64,000 bases of DNA from an uncultured Gemmatimonadales bacterium (GTDB lineage Bacteria > Gemmatimonadota > Gemmatimonadetes > Gemmatimonadales > GWC2-71-9): positions 160,001 to 224,000 of the forward strand of contig CAWJMT010000005.1 of NCBI GenBank assembly GCA_963844035.1. The letters are read 5' to 3'. The notes under the pieces were generated by a model that saw nothing but the letters and a program-made list of their open reading frames with translations, was not told the origin of the DNA and did not search any database. A program made the position numbers and the translations under genes. This document shows, piece by piece, positions 34,315 through 43,865 of this stretch (its first letter is position 1; the number at the start of each line of letters is the position of its first letter).

Positions 34315-35657
34315 ATGGCCACTCGAACCAATCTCCCCTGGGGTCGCTCGCTCGTACTCGCGGCGAGCCTTCTCGTGATCCTCGCACCACGAGTGACCGC
34401 CCAGGACGTGGCGGCCCAGACGCCGGCCGACACCAGCGCCGACACCACCGCCACTACCGACTCGGTTTATCAAACCAGCATCGCTGGGGAGTTTCGACCC
34501 GCCAAAGGGTTTCGACGTCGTCCGCACGAAGGTGGCCAGCCTGAACATCAGTTTCTACGGACTGTTCCGGTATGTGAATCAGCTCCCCGGGGATCAGGAC
34601 TTCATCGATCACCTGGGGGGCGTCCGCACCGTCAAGACGCGCAACGATCTGTACTGGCACCGCACGATGGTGTGGCTCACCGGGTTCTTTCACGTCCCCA
34701 GGTTTCGCTACAACATCACGATGTGGTCGCTGACGACGACGCAGCAGGCGCTGCTGTTCGGGAATCTCCAGTACACGTTCGCTCCCGCCCTTACCGTCGG
34801 TGTGGGAATGCTCCCCAATCTGACGATACGTTCGCTGCAGGGTTCCTGGCCGTTTTGGGCGGGCAGCGATCGGCAAATGGCGGAGGACTTCTTCCGCGGG
34901 GGATTCTCGTCCGGTGCCTACGTCACGGGTCAGCCAGTGCCACGCCTGTACTACACCGCCTCGGTCAACACCAATTTGAGCCAGCTCGGCGTGACCGCGT
35001 CCAACGACACGCGCGACCTCGCGTACAGTGCCAGCTTGAACTGGATGCCGACCACGGGTGAGTTCGGACCGCGCGGCGGACTCGGCGATCTCGAGTATCA
35101 CGAGCGTCTGGCCACTCGGTTCGGGATATCGGCGGGCCACAGTCGCGAGGGGCGCTACGCGAACGACAGCGTTCCGCCCAATGCCGCCCAGATCAAGCTC
35201 TCGGACGGCGTGAACCCATTCGACACGGGCGCGCTGGCCGCGGGGTGACGGTGCAGAAACTCGACTACGACGAGATGGCGATCGACGCGGGATTCAAGTA
35301 TCGCGGGTTTTCGTTTCAGGGCGAGTATTACCTCCGCCGGCTCTCGAACTTTCTGGCCACGGGCCCCGTGCCACTTCGTCCATCACCGATCACGGGTTCC
35401 AGGTGCAGGGCATGCACATGGTGGTGCCGAAGCGGCTGGGGGTTTACCTCACCTACGGTGTGGTGATGGACGAGTTTGAACGGCACCCCTGGGAGGTGTC
35501 GGGGGGAACGACCATCTACCCGAGCGGCACGCGGTCCTGGCGCTTGAATGTGCACGTCATCCGGGTCGAGCGGTGTCCGGCGTCTTCCACGTTCGGGTAC
35601 TACACGTCGGGTCAGTCCGGCACGACGATTTCCATCGGGACGGATATCCTGATGTGA
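34315..35657 (+). CDS. Probable outer-membrane porin-like protein (several frameshifts)
   Basis: Signal peptide; DAGFKYRGFSFQGEYY and aromatic beta-strand pattern. Confidence 0.7.
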
Positions 35658-35665
35658 GGTGCTTC

Positions 35666-36760
35666 ATGCGCGTTGTCTCAGGGCTCGTGTTGATCGGTCT
35701 CGCCGTGGCGCACCCCGGCGCCGCGCAGACCGCCGATTGCGATTTCAACGACTCGCATTTTCATCTCACCAACTACGTACAGGAAGGCCCGAGCGTGCGG
35801 GACTTCCTGAAGATCATGGGGAAGCGCGTCTGCCGGTCCACGCTGTTCGGAATCCCGCTCCAACAGGCGTGGGTGTATGGGAACTCCGGGGATTACGCGC
35901 CGACGTACTACCTCCAGACCGACGCGCCGCTCTACTATTACTCGTTCACGGACGCGGCGACCGCCATGGCCTACCGCTCGCTGTCGCCCGAGGAGCGCGC
36001 CCGGTTCGATCCGATGATCACGGGCTTCAATCCGGCGGACATGTACGCCGCGGATCACATCAAGCGGGTGCTCCGCACATTCCCGGGCGTGTTCGAAGGC
36101 ATCGGCGAGTTCACCATTCATAAGGAGTTCGTGTCCGGCAAGATCGCGGGCGGAGCCGCGAGCCTCCTCGACCCGGCGCTCGACCGGATTCTCGATCTTG
36201 CCGGTGCTTCCGGACTCGTCGTGCTGATTCACAACGACATGGACATGCCGTTCGCCAAACCCGGCACCGAACCGCTCTTTCTCCCTCAAATGAAGTCCCT
36301 GCTGCGGCGGCATCGCGACGCGACGATCATCTGGGCCCACATCGGCCTGGGACGCGTGGTGCATCCCACCGTGCCATCGGCATCGGTCCGCGCGGCCGAG
36401 CGCAACCCGACGTACGGCATGATCGTCGAGGGCATTCTCTCCGACTCGACGCTGCGCCACGTGTACTTCGACATCAGCTGGGATGAAGTCGCGAAGTATC
36501 TGCTCGCGAGCCCCGAGGTGACCCGCCGCTCAGCCGATCTGATCAACCGGTATCCCGACCGCATTCTGTTCGGCTCGGACGTGGTGGCGCCGCGCGATAC
36601 CAGCGCGTACTTCGCGGTCTTCAACGACTATGCCCCACTGTGGGCGCTGCTCACCCCCGAGGCGAGCGCGAAAGTCCGTAAGGGCAACTACGAGCGGCTG
36701 TTCGACGCCGCTCGCGAGCGCGTACGGGCGTACGAACGGAAGCAGGGCTGGTCAAAGTAG
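35666..36760 (+). CDS. Exported amidohydrolase-superfamily protein
   Basis: DSHFH, GIGE, IHND, WAH.G and FGSD motifs. Confidence 0.85.
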   Translation: MRVVSGLVLIGLAVAHPGAAQTADCDFNDSHFHLTNYVQEGPSVRDFLKIMGKRVCRSTLFGIPLQQAWVYGNSGDYAPTYYLQTDAPLYYYSFTDAATAMAYRSLSPEERARFDPMITGFNPADMYAADHIKRVLRTFPGVFEGIGEFTIHKEFVSGKIAGGAASLLDPALDRILDLAGASGLVVLIHNDMDMPFAKPGTEPLFLPQMKSLLRRHRDATIIWAHIGLGRVVHPTVPSASVRAAERNPTYGMIVEGILSDSTLRHVYFDISWDEVAKYLLASPEVTRRSADLINRYPDRILFGSDVVAPRDTSAYFAVFNDYAPLWALLTPEASAKVRKGNYERLFDAARERVRAYERKQGWSK

Positions 36761-36821
36761 GGGGACAGTAGGGAGTTGCCGGGGCAGGTTGAATTGCTAA
36801 CTTCCAGCCGCATTACTTCCT

Positions 36822-36894
36822 AGGTCCGTAGCTCAATTGGTAGAGCACCGGTCTCCAAAACCGGGGGTTGCAGGTTCGATTCCTGCCGGGCCTG
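36822..36894 (+). tRNA. tRNA-Trp(CCA)
   Basis: AGGTCCG/CGGGCCT; anticodon arm ccggt-ctCCAaa-accgg. Confidence 0.97.
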
Positions 36895-36895
36895 T

Positions 36896-37549
36896 TTGCA
36901 AAACGTCGCTCCGCGCACATGGGCTCACCTCGCTACGGCGGCCGTCGCTGCGTGTGTCATCCCCTCTACCGCACCAGCCCAGCCGGGGACCCCGGACTCG
37001 GTAGTGTACGTCCTCTCACCATCGAGCCGCTTCGAGGTAACGACCGGCAAGGGCGGTCTGCTCGGCTTCGCAGGTCACACGCACGTGATTCGCGCGCGGG
37101 CGTTCTCGGGGCGGGTCGTCTTTTACCCGCACAAGCCTGCCGCCTCCCGCGTAGAGATCGTGGTGCGCACGGACAGCCTCCAGGTCCTCACGCCTCCGGA
37201 CACGGCCGAGATCCGCAAGGTGACGGAGGCGATGCGCACTGAGGTGCTCGACGTGCAGCGCTATCCTGAGATCCGCTTCGTTTCGAAGACACTGACGGCC
37301 ACTGACGGTGGGTTTGTCATCGTCGGGGATCTGACCATGGCGGGCCGCACGCGGGAAGTGCGGGCGGAGGTGAAGGCGAATATCCACCCGGACAGTTTGC
37401 GGGCGACGACAACGTTCACCGTGAAACAGACCGACTTCGGAATCCGGCCGTTCCGCGGTGGCCCGGGCGGCACTGTCCGAGTCGCCGACCCGGTCGTGTT
37501 CGAGGTCGAGGCAGTGGCGGTCCTTGCGGACGGCGCGGCGGGACGATAA
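36896..37549 (+). CDS. YceI family protein
   Basis: LD..YPEIRF.S, GDLT..G.T and Q.DFGI.P motifs. Confidence 0.85.
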   Translation: MQNVAPRTWAHLATAAVAACVIPSTAPAQPGTPDSVVYVLSPSSRFEVTTGKGGLLGFAGHTHVIRARAFSGRVVFYPHKPAASRVEIVVRTDSLQVLTPPDTAEIRKVTEAMRTEVLDVQRYPEIRFVSKTLTATDGGFVIVGDLTMAGRTREVRAEVKANIHPDSLRATTTFTVKQTDFGIRPFRGGPGGTVRVADPVVFEVEAVAVLADGAAGR

Positions 37550-37608
37550 ATCCGGTCTCCCAATTGGACAGTTCGCCAGCTACCAGGCATTTCATCCAAG
37601 GAGGACGC

Positions 37609-38205
37609 ATGGGTGTCGCAGCGAGAATCTCCGTCGTGGCGCTGGCGGTCGCCGGCCTCTCACTCGGGGGGCGGACCGCGGCCGCGCAAGCGGCGTCGGC
37701 CGACGCGCAGATCGCGCAGGCCAAGGCGGCACTCGCCCAGTACCAGGACCCCATGGCTGCGGTGCGCGACGGCTACTTCTCGACGGTGGGGTGCATCGAG
37801 TTCCCGTCGGGGCACGGCGCGCACGGCGAGATGACGTTCAAGGCCGGCGGCATGGGCGTGCACTTCTTCAACTGGGCGACGATTGGCCCGACCATGGACC
37901 CCACGAAGCCGCAGGTGCTCATCTACGAGCCGGTCGCCGACAAACTGCAGCTCGTCGCCGCCGAATGGTTCGCTCCCGTGGAGCCTGGTGTGAAGGAGGC
38001 GCCCAAGATTTTCGGGCGCGCTCTCGAGGGTCCCATGGAAGGCCACGCGCCGATCATGGATCCGGGGATGCACCACTGGGATCTTCACGTCTGGCTGTGG
38101 AAGAACAACCCGAGCGGGATGTTCAGCCCGACCAATCCCGACCTGAAGTGTCCCAAGACCGGGTACTCCTACGTCGGAGAGCCGCCGAAGATGGTGACGC
38201 CGTAG
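37609..38205 (+). CDS. Exported His/Met-rich hypothetical protein
   Basis: Signal peptide; MGVHF, P.VLIYEP, HWDLHVWLW..NP.G.F..NP motifs. Confidence 0.75.
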   Translation: MGVAARISVVALAVAGLSLGGRTAAAQAASADAQIAQAKAALAQYQDPMAAVRDGYFSTVGCIEFPSGHGAHGEMTFKAGGMGVHFFNWATIGPTMDPTKPQVLIYEPVADKLQLVAAEWFAPVEPGVKEAPKIFGRALEGPMEGHAPIMDPGMHHWDLHVWLWKNNPSGMFSPTNPDLKCPKTGYSYVGEPPKMVTP

Positions 38206-38214
38206 CGAGGCTTG

Positions 38215-39564
38215 ATGGTGCGTTATGCCGCGCTCAGCATCCTGGCACTTGGCCTGGCGGGATGTGAAACCCCCATAGAGGCCAACGCACCGGACGCGAC
38301 CGTTCAGGTCGCGACCGTTCAGGTCACGGCCGCGACGGACACCGCGACCGCGCTCGGGAGCATCGTGCAGTTCAGCGCGCTCGTGAAGGACGCTGCGGGC
38401 AATATCCTTTCAGAAAAGACTGTGACGTGGAGCTCGACCGCTCCCGCGGTAGCAGTCGTGAATCCGACAAGCGGCCTGGCCACGACTGCGGCGAACGGCT
38501 CGACGAGCATCCGGGCCACGGTCGACGGCGTGACGGGGGCGCGCACCCTCACGGTGGAGCAGGAGGTGGCGGCGGTCACCGTCACGCCCGGCACGTCGAG
38601 TATGAATGCCGGCACCACGTGCCAGTTCACCGCGACGGCGAAGGACGGCAACGGGCACACGGTGGCCGGCGCCAAGTTTCTCTGGGTTTCCTCGAACACG
38701 AACATCGCCGTAGTCGATTCGACCGGCCTTGCCAGGGGCGTCGGCCGCGGAGGGGTCGTCATTACCGCCGCCGCCCAGGGTCAGCCGGGCAGCGCGCTGT
38801 TGAGCGTGGTGTTTCCCGCCGGCCGGCTCGTCGTGGCCAGTATGAGCGACAACGCCGTCTACCTGTACGATCCGATCACGCTGGCCCGCCTCTCGACATT
38901 CGCAGTGACGGCGCCCCTCTCGGCGGCGGTCGGACCGGATGGTCGCATCTACGCCGGCACCAACGGGGGCCAGGTCGTAGCGATCGACCCGGCAACCGGG
39001 GCGAGCAACGCCCTCGGCGCCACCATTCTTGCCGGTCCCATCTACGGCACCACGGTGAGCGCAGGCGGGGTGATCTACGCTACGGGGTACTCCATGCCCG
39101 ATGTGCGGACAATGGACCTGACCGGCGCGTCGCTCGGGAGCATCGCTTCGCCTGGCGGCACGAATCTGCGGGGCACCGCGTTCGGGGCGGACGGCAGCTT
39201 CTATCTGGCCACCCTGGCGGGCGGTCCGGTGCAACGCTGGCTCGCCGGCTTCGTGTACGACACGGCGTTCGGGGCGGCCGGCCTCACCGGCGCCTTCGGC
39301 GTCGCGACGCGGGCCAGCGGCGAAGTGATCGTGACCGACCAGAACGCGGGGGCCTACTTTCGCTTCACCAGCGCGGGCGTCTTCCAGGACAGCGTGACCG
39401 TCAACTGCTCCGGACAGATTCGCAACCTGGCGGTGGATCTGGACGACAACCTGTGGATCGGCTGCTACGGGTCCAACGCGGTCGTGAAGTTCGACGCCTC
39501 GAACCACGAGGTTGCCCGGTTCACCGTAGCCTCCCCTTCGGGAGTCGCGTTCGAGCGGCCGTAG
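38215..39564 (+). CDS. Lipoprotein with two Big_2 Ig-like domains and a beta-propeller
   Basis: LAGC lipobox; WSS...VA.V..G repeats; GPDG.IY and D.DDNLWI blades. Confidence 0.8.
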   Translation: MVRYAALSILALGLAGCETPIEANAPDATVQVATVQVTAATDTATALGSIVQFSALVKDAAGNILSEKTVTWSSTAPAVAVVNPTSGLATTAANGSTSIRATVDGVTGARTLTVEQEVAAVTVTPGTSSMNAGTTCQFTATAKDGNGHTVAGAKFLWVSSNTNIAVVDSTGLARGVGRGGVVITAAAQGQPGSALLSVVFPAGRLVVASMSDNAVYLYDPITLARLSTFAVTAPLSAAVGPDGRIYAGTNGGQVVAIDPATGASNALGATILAGPIYGTTVSAGGVIYATGYSMPDVRTMDLTGASLGSIASPGGTNLRGTAFGADGSFYLATLAGGPVQRWLAGFVYDTAFGAAGLTGAFGVATRASGEVIVTDQNAGAYFRFTSAGVFQDSVTVNCSGQIRNLAVDLDDNLWIGCYGSNAVVKFDASNHEVARFTVASPSGVAFERP

Positions 39565-39610
39565 TTCTCGACGCGGCTCGCTCCGAGATCGTCACCTCCA
39601 AGGGCATCAC

Positions 39611-40081
39611 ATGATCGAGATCGCAGACCTGCATCACGTCAGTCTCGCCGTCACGAATCTCACCCGGTCCAAAGCGTTCTACGGCGACGTGCTCGGACTG
39701 AAAGAGATCGAGCGCCCGGCATTCGAGTTCGCGGGGGCGTGGTACGCCGTGGGCGATCGCCAGCTGCACCTGATCGTGCATGACAAGCCGACGCTGCGGA
39801 CGCGCGGGATCGATTCGCACGACGTGCATTTCGCGCTGCGGGTGAAGAGCTATCAGGAGACGGTGGCCTACCTCAAGTCGCTCGGGTATTCGAGTGACAC
39901 GCGGGATGACGTCAAGCGGCTGCGGGAAAATCAATGGGGCAAGGCGGGCTTCCCCCAGGTGTTCATTCTCGATCCCGACCGGCACGTGATCGAGCTGAAC
40001 GCGGACCGGGTGGACGAGGGGACGACGCGCAACACGAAGGCGACGACGCACAGCGGCCGCGGGTTCGATTCCGCGCCCTGA
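39611..40081 (+). CDS. VOC/glyoxalase family protein (stop codon supplied by the repeat)
   Basis: LHHVSL, FYGDVLGL, HFAL and DPD.HVIEL motifs. Confidence 0.9.
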   Translation: MIEIADLHHVSLAVTNLTRSKAFYGDVLGLKEIERPAFEFAGAWYAVGDRQLHLIVHDKPTLRTRGIDSHDVHFALRVKSYQETVAYLKSLGYSSDTRDDVKRLRENQWGKAGFPQVFILDPDRHVIELNADRVDEGTTRNTKATTHSGRGFDSAP

Positions 40082-40152
40082 GAGGGCGCGCTCGGCTGGG
40101 GGTGCGCCCTTACAGGGCGCACTGGCGCCGAGCCCGGGCTCTCAGCCCGGGG
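40072..40152 (+). repeat. Composite REP repeat R1
   Basis: GCGCCCTGAGAGGGCGC + GTGCGCCCTTACAGGGCGCAC + CCCGGGCTCTCAGCCCGGG. Confidence 0.9.
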
Positions 40153-40252
40153 AATCCGATCCCGAGCGACACGTCGATCGAGCTGAACGCGGAGCGGGTG
40201 GACGAGCCAGCCCCGAGCGCGTAGCAACCCACCCTTTTACGGAGTCGTATTC

Positions 40253-40334
40253 CGCGCCCTGAGAGGGCGCGCTCGGCCGGGGGTGCGCCCTTACAGGGCG
40301 CACGTGGCGCCGAGCCCGGGCTCTCAGCCCGGGG
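40253..40334 (+). repeat. Composite REP repeat R2
   Basis: Near-identical to R1. Confidence 0.9.
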
Positions 40335-40739
40335 AGTCTCGAAGCAATGTCCGACTCCTCCAAAGCAAGCTCGGGATGCCTCGTTGATTGGGTGCGCACG
40401 TAGCGAATCGCCTGCTTGAGATCCCGGACGCCCAGCGAGCGCAAGTCGTATCCATCGGCCCAGCGCAACTTCGCACGCGGCTGGATCCGGTCGCGGTTCG
40501 CGACGCGCGCGCTTGCGCCTTTGAGACCTTGAAGGAGGCGGGGGATATCGATTCGCGGAGGGAAGCTCGACGACCATGTGTACGTGGTTCCGCACGATGC
40601 CGATTTCAATCACCTTCGCGCCGTGGCGGGAGGCGATCGCGGGCAGCATGCGACGCAGGAACGCGGCAGTAGCTGTCTGGATGAGCGGCAGTCGCCGCTC
40701 GGTGGTCCACGTCACCAGCGCGTAGAGACGGAAGGGCAT
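40335..40739 (-). mobile_element. tnpA: IS200-like/RAYT Y1 HUH transposase (frameshift ~40557; frame runs on into R2)
   Basis: VTWTT.RR.PLI, NHVHM, LKGAS, WADGY..RS and YVRTQ..H motifs. Confidence 0.85.
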
Positions 40740-40805
40740 CGGACCAGTGTGTCGCGATGATGCATCCACACCAAACCATTCGATTGCGAGATGGGATCGG
40801 AGTTA

Positions 40806-40887
40806 CGCGCCCTGAGAGGGCGCGCTCGGCCCGGGGGTGCGCCCTTACAGGGCGCACGAGCGCCGAGCCCGGGCTCTTAGCCCGGGG
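40806..40887 (+). repeat. Composite REP repeat R3
   Basis: Near-identical to R1. Confidence 0.9.
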
Positions 40888-40972
40888 AATCCGATACCAG
40901 CTGCACGTGATCGAGCTGAACGATGGGTGCACGGACGAGTGGGGGACGACGCACGGCTGTCGTGGGTGATCA

Positions 40973-41053
40973 CGCGCCCTGAGAGGGCGCGCTCGGCCCG
41001 TGTGCGCCCTTACAGGGCGCACAATGCGCCGAGCCCGGGCTCTTAGCCCGGGG
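40973..41053 (+). repeat. Composite REP repeat R4
   Basis: Near-identical to R1. Confidence 0.9.
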
Positions 41054-41094
41054 AATCCCGCGTATACTTAGGCAGCCACGAACGTCGAGGCTCC

Positions 41095-41881
41095 GTGCGG
41101 AACCGTTGGATCGCAATCGCGCTACTCGCTGTAGTGCTCGCGTGTAAGTCGAACGACGCCACGGCCCCGGAAGTGTGTGCCGCCACCAACGGCGCGCCCG
41201 CACCGGTACCGGGGCCCGCCCATGCGCCGTTCTCGGTCCTCGTCTTCTCCCGCACCACCGGCTATCGCCATGCCTCGATCCCCAGCGGCATCACCGCGAT
41301 TCAGGTGCTCGGTGCGCTCAACAACTTCACCGTCGAGGCGACCGAGGACCCCACCGCGTTCAGCGACGCGAACCTGGCGCGCTTCGGCGCGGTCGTGTTC
41401 CTCAGCACGACGGGCGAGGTGTTGGACGATGCGCAGCAGGCGGCGTTCGAGCGCTACATCCAGGCCGGACACGGGTCTGGTGGGCGTGCACTCGGCATCC
41501 GACACGGAGTATGGCTGGAGCTGGTACCACACCCTGCTTGGCGTCACGTTCGCGTCTCATCCCCCGATGCAGCAGGCCAGCGTGGTCGTCGTGGACACGG
41601 GCCAGCGGTCCACGCGCTCCCTCCCCGATCCCTGGGTGCGCACCGATGAGTGGTACAACTACACGGCGTTGCCGGTGAGCGTAACGGTGTTAGTCCGGGT
41701 GGACGAATCGACGTATTCCGGCGGAACGATGGGAATCCACATCCGATCAGCTGGCAGCGCGAATATGACGGTGGCCGGGCGTGGTACACGGCGATGGGAC
41801 ACTCGTCGTGCAGCTTCAGTGAGCGGCCGTTCCTCGACCACCTGCTGGGTGGTATCGAGTGGGCGGTGGGAGTCTCCCTGA
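41095..41881 (+). CDS. ThuA-domain lipoprotein (frameshifted; end approximate)
   Basis: VLVFSRTTGYRHASI, VFLSTTG, DEWYN and GRAWYTAMGH motifs. Confidence 0.88.
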
Positions 41882-41893
41882 GCGACGGCGCGA

Positions 41894-42253
41894 CTACCGG
41901 CGCCCGAGGTACTTCTCATCCCAGGCGACCGGATAGCGTCCCTCGCATCGTTCGCAGCTCAATTCGTCGGGCGATTCCTCGAGCGATATGCGATTGCTGC
42001 AATTGGGACAGACGCCGTATTTGTCGCCCCAGGTCTCCGGCAGCCGCATCGCGTCGCGGGGACGCGGCACGACGGTCCAGCGGAGCGGTCGCCGGTCGAC
42101 TACCTCGATGTAGGAACGCGGCACGCTGACGGTCCTCCACTGCACGTCGAGGATGATTTCGTGGCGCTCGAACTCCGTGACGCGATACCACGCGCCGCGG
42201 CGGAGCGGGTACGGGCCTTCGGATTTCAGGCGAGCCCAGTGGAGTGCATGCAT
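41894..42253 (-). CDS. Small protein with a C-terminal zinc ribbon
   Basis: CPNC...CERC. Confidence 0.7.
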   Translation of the reverse strand: MHALHWARLKSEGPYPLRRGAWYRVTEFERHEIILDVQWRTVSVPRSYIEVVDRRPLRWTVVPRPRDAMRLPETWGDKYGVCPNCSNRISLEESPDELSCERCEGRYPVAWDEKYLGRR

Positions 42254-42323
42254 GGATCGGGAGGTTAGACACTACAACGTAAGTCGCTTTTCGACAATGC
42301 GTTAGAAGCGACACGGCGCCGGC

Positions 42324-43850
42324 ATGTTGGTCGTTCGCCCGGCGAATTGCATATTGTTCCCCCCTATGACGAGCAGCGTGAAGGACTTCTGGCTGTTTCG
42401 GATCGTCCACCAGGACACGGGTAAACCCGCCCAAGGGGTTCCCGTGACGGTGCTCGACGGGTCCGGTAATGCGGCCGGATACTGGGTCAGCGAGCCTGAC
42501 GGCACGGTGCGGATTCCCCGTCGCGACGGCTCGCGGCTCAGGCTGCGGGTGGGGCTCCGCAACGAAGAGCCGATCGAGCTGAACACGGCCACCCTGGGAG
42601 ATGGCCCGACCGACCTCGCGGCGCCGAGCTGGGTGCCGTTCACCTCGTCGCCGGCGAACGCGGCGAGCGCGAGCCGATCGGCGGCTCCCGCACCGCATGC
42701 CGCCGAGTCGCGCGAGGTGCCGGGGCACGTCCTCTACTTCCAGCGCCTCGCCATGTTCGGTGAGCCGGCGTCGCCGTCGCCCGCCGGACCTCAGGATAAC
42801 GTCGCGGACTTCTTTGCGACGCCGACCGATCCGACCGCTGTGCTGCGCTACGGTGTGGTGATCGAAGTCGAGCAGCTGTGGCAGTCCACCGGAGTGCAGT
42901 GGGGGGAGCTGCTCTACAGCGTCTCGCTCACGCCAGGGGACGAAGCGCGGCTCACCGTGCTCGACGGCCGCTGGCGCCGCGACATCGAGGGCCGGGAGCG
43001 CCCGCTGCAAATTCTCGCCCGGATGGTGGGGACCTCCATGCTGGGCGACCTGGTGACGGCGCTCCGGCCCGAGCTGCAGGTCGAGTCGTGCACCCTCTCC
43101 GACCCGAATCTCGAGGCGGCAGCCACCGGCACGATGCACATGATCCGCGAGCGTACCGAGCGGATGAGCCAGGCGTTGCGCCGCCGTCCGTTGGGCGTGG
43201 TGGACGGCACGCAGGAGACCTCCGACCACGCCGCGATCCGCACCGTGCGCAACACGGCGCGGGACCGGGTGGTCACGTTCCACTTTTTCGAGCCGCTCGA
43301 GCACTTCCGGGTGGTGGTACGCAGTCCGCGGATCCGTCCGGTGATCTTCGTCCCGTTCCGGCTCCCCAACGTGGCGACGCCGGACGTGGTGCAGCGGTTC
43401 GGGTACATCTTCCGGCGCACGCTGCTCGACCGCGGCATGGTGCCGGATCTCGAGCGGTTGCTGAACGGCGAAAGCGCGGGGAGCGGGAGAAACCGGCTGC
43501 TCGAGCACGTCGAGGCGAATCTGCTGTACTACTCGACCGCGATCATCGCGGCCGGCGACCACGCGGCGCGCCATTCGGCACTCTCGAAGGTGCGCGACGC
43601 GTCGGGTGTGCCGCTGACCGACCTGGTCGAGAACACGGTGCTGGGGCGGGTGGGGAGCGCGATCGCCATGCCGCTGCGCTCGCTGGCGCAGCTGCCGCGG
43701 GAGTGGCGTGAGGCGCTCGCGGCCTACACGACGCGTCCCCCGCGGCTCACCGAGGAATTCAGCGTCAACATCCCCCACCCGGGCGTGTGGGTCACCGCTC
43801 AACCGCACGCGCCGATGCAAAGCTCGGCGACGGAGAGCGCCGCAGGCTGA
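42324..43850 (+). CDS. Hypothetical protein, 508 aa
   Basis: Intact ORF with typical codon bias, divergent from 42253. Confidence 0.75.
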   Translation: MLVVRPANCILFPPMTSSVKDFWLFRIVHQDTGKPAQGVPVTVLDGSGNAAGYWVSEPDGTVRIPRRDGSRLRLRVGLRNEEPIELNTATLGDGPTDLAAPSWVPFTSSPANAASASRSAAPAPHAAESREVPGHVLYFQRLAMFGEPASPSPAGPQDNVADFFATPTDPTAVLRYGVVIEVEQLWQSTGVQWGELLYSVSLTPGDEARLTVLDGRWRRDIEGRERPLQILARMVGTSMLGDLVTALRPELQVESCTLSDPNLEAAATGTMHMIRERTERMSQALRRRPLGVVDGTQETSDHAAIRTVRNTARDRVVTFHFFEPLEHFRVVVRSPRIRPVIFVPFRLPNVATPDVVQRFGYIFRRTLLDRGMVPDLERLLNGESAGSGRNRLLEHVEANLLYYSTAIIAAGDHAARHSALSKVRDASGVPLTDLVENTVLGRVGSAIAMPLRSLAQLPREWREALAAYTTRPPRLTEEFSVNIPHPGVWVTAQPHAPMQSSATESAAG

Positions 43851-43865
43851 TCTCCCTCGGGCGGG

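Noticed and set aside
40072..41053. CRISPR array
   Set aside because: Repeats are about 82 bp with three palindromes, the spacers resemble each other, there are no cas genes and a RAYT-type transposase lies inside; better explained as REP/BIME-like.
42572..42584. Fourth copy of GATCGAGCTGAAC
   Set aside because: Only 13 nt, encodes a common IELN in preferred codons and has no adjacent repeat; probably chance.
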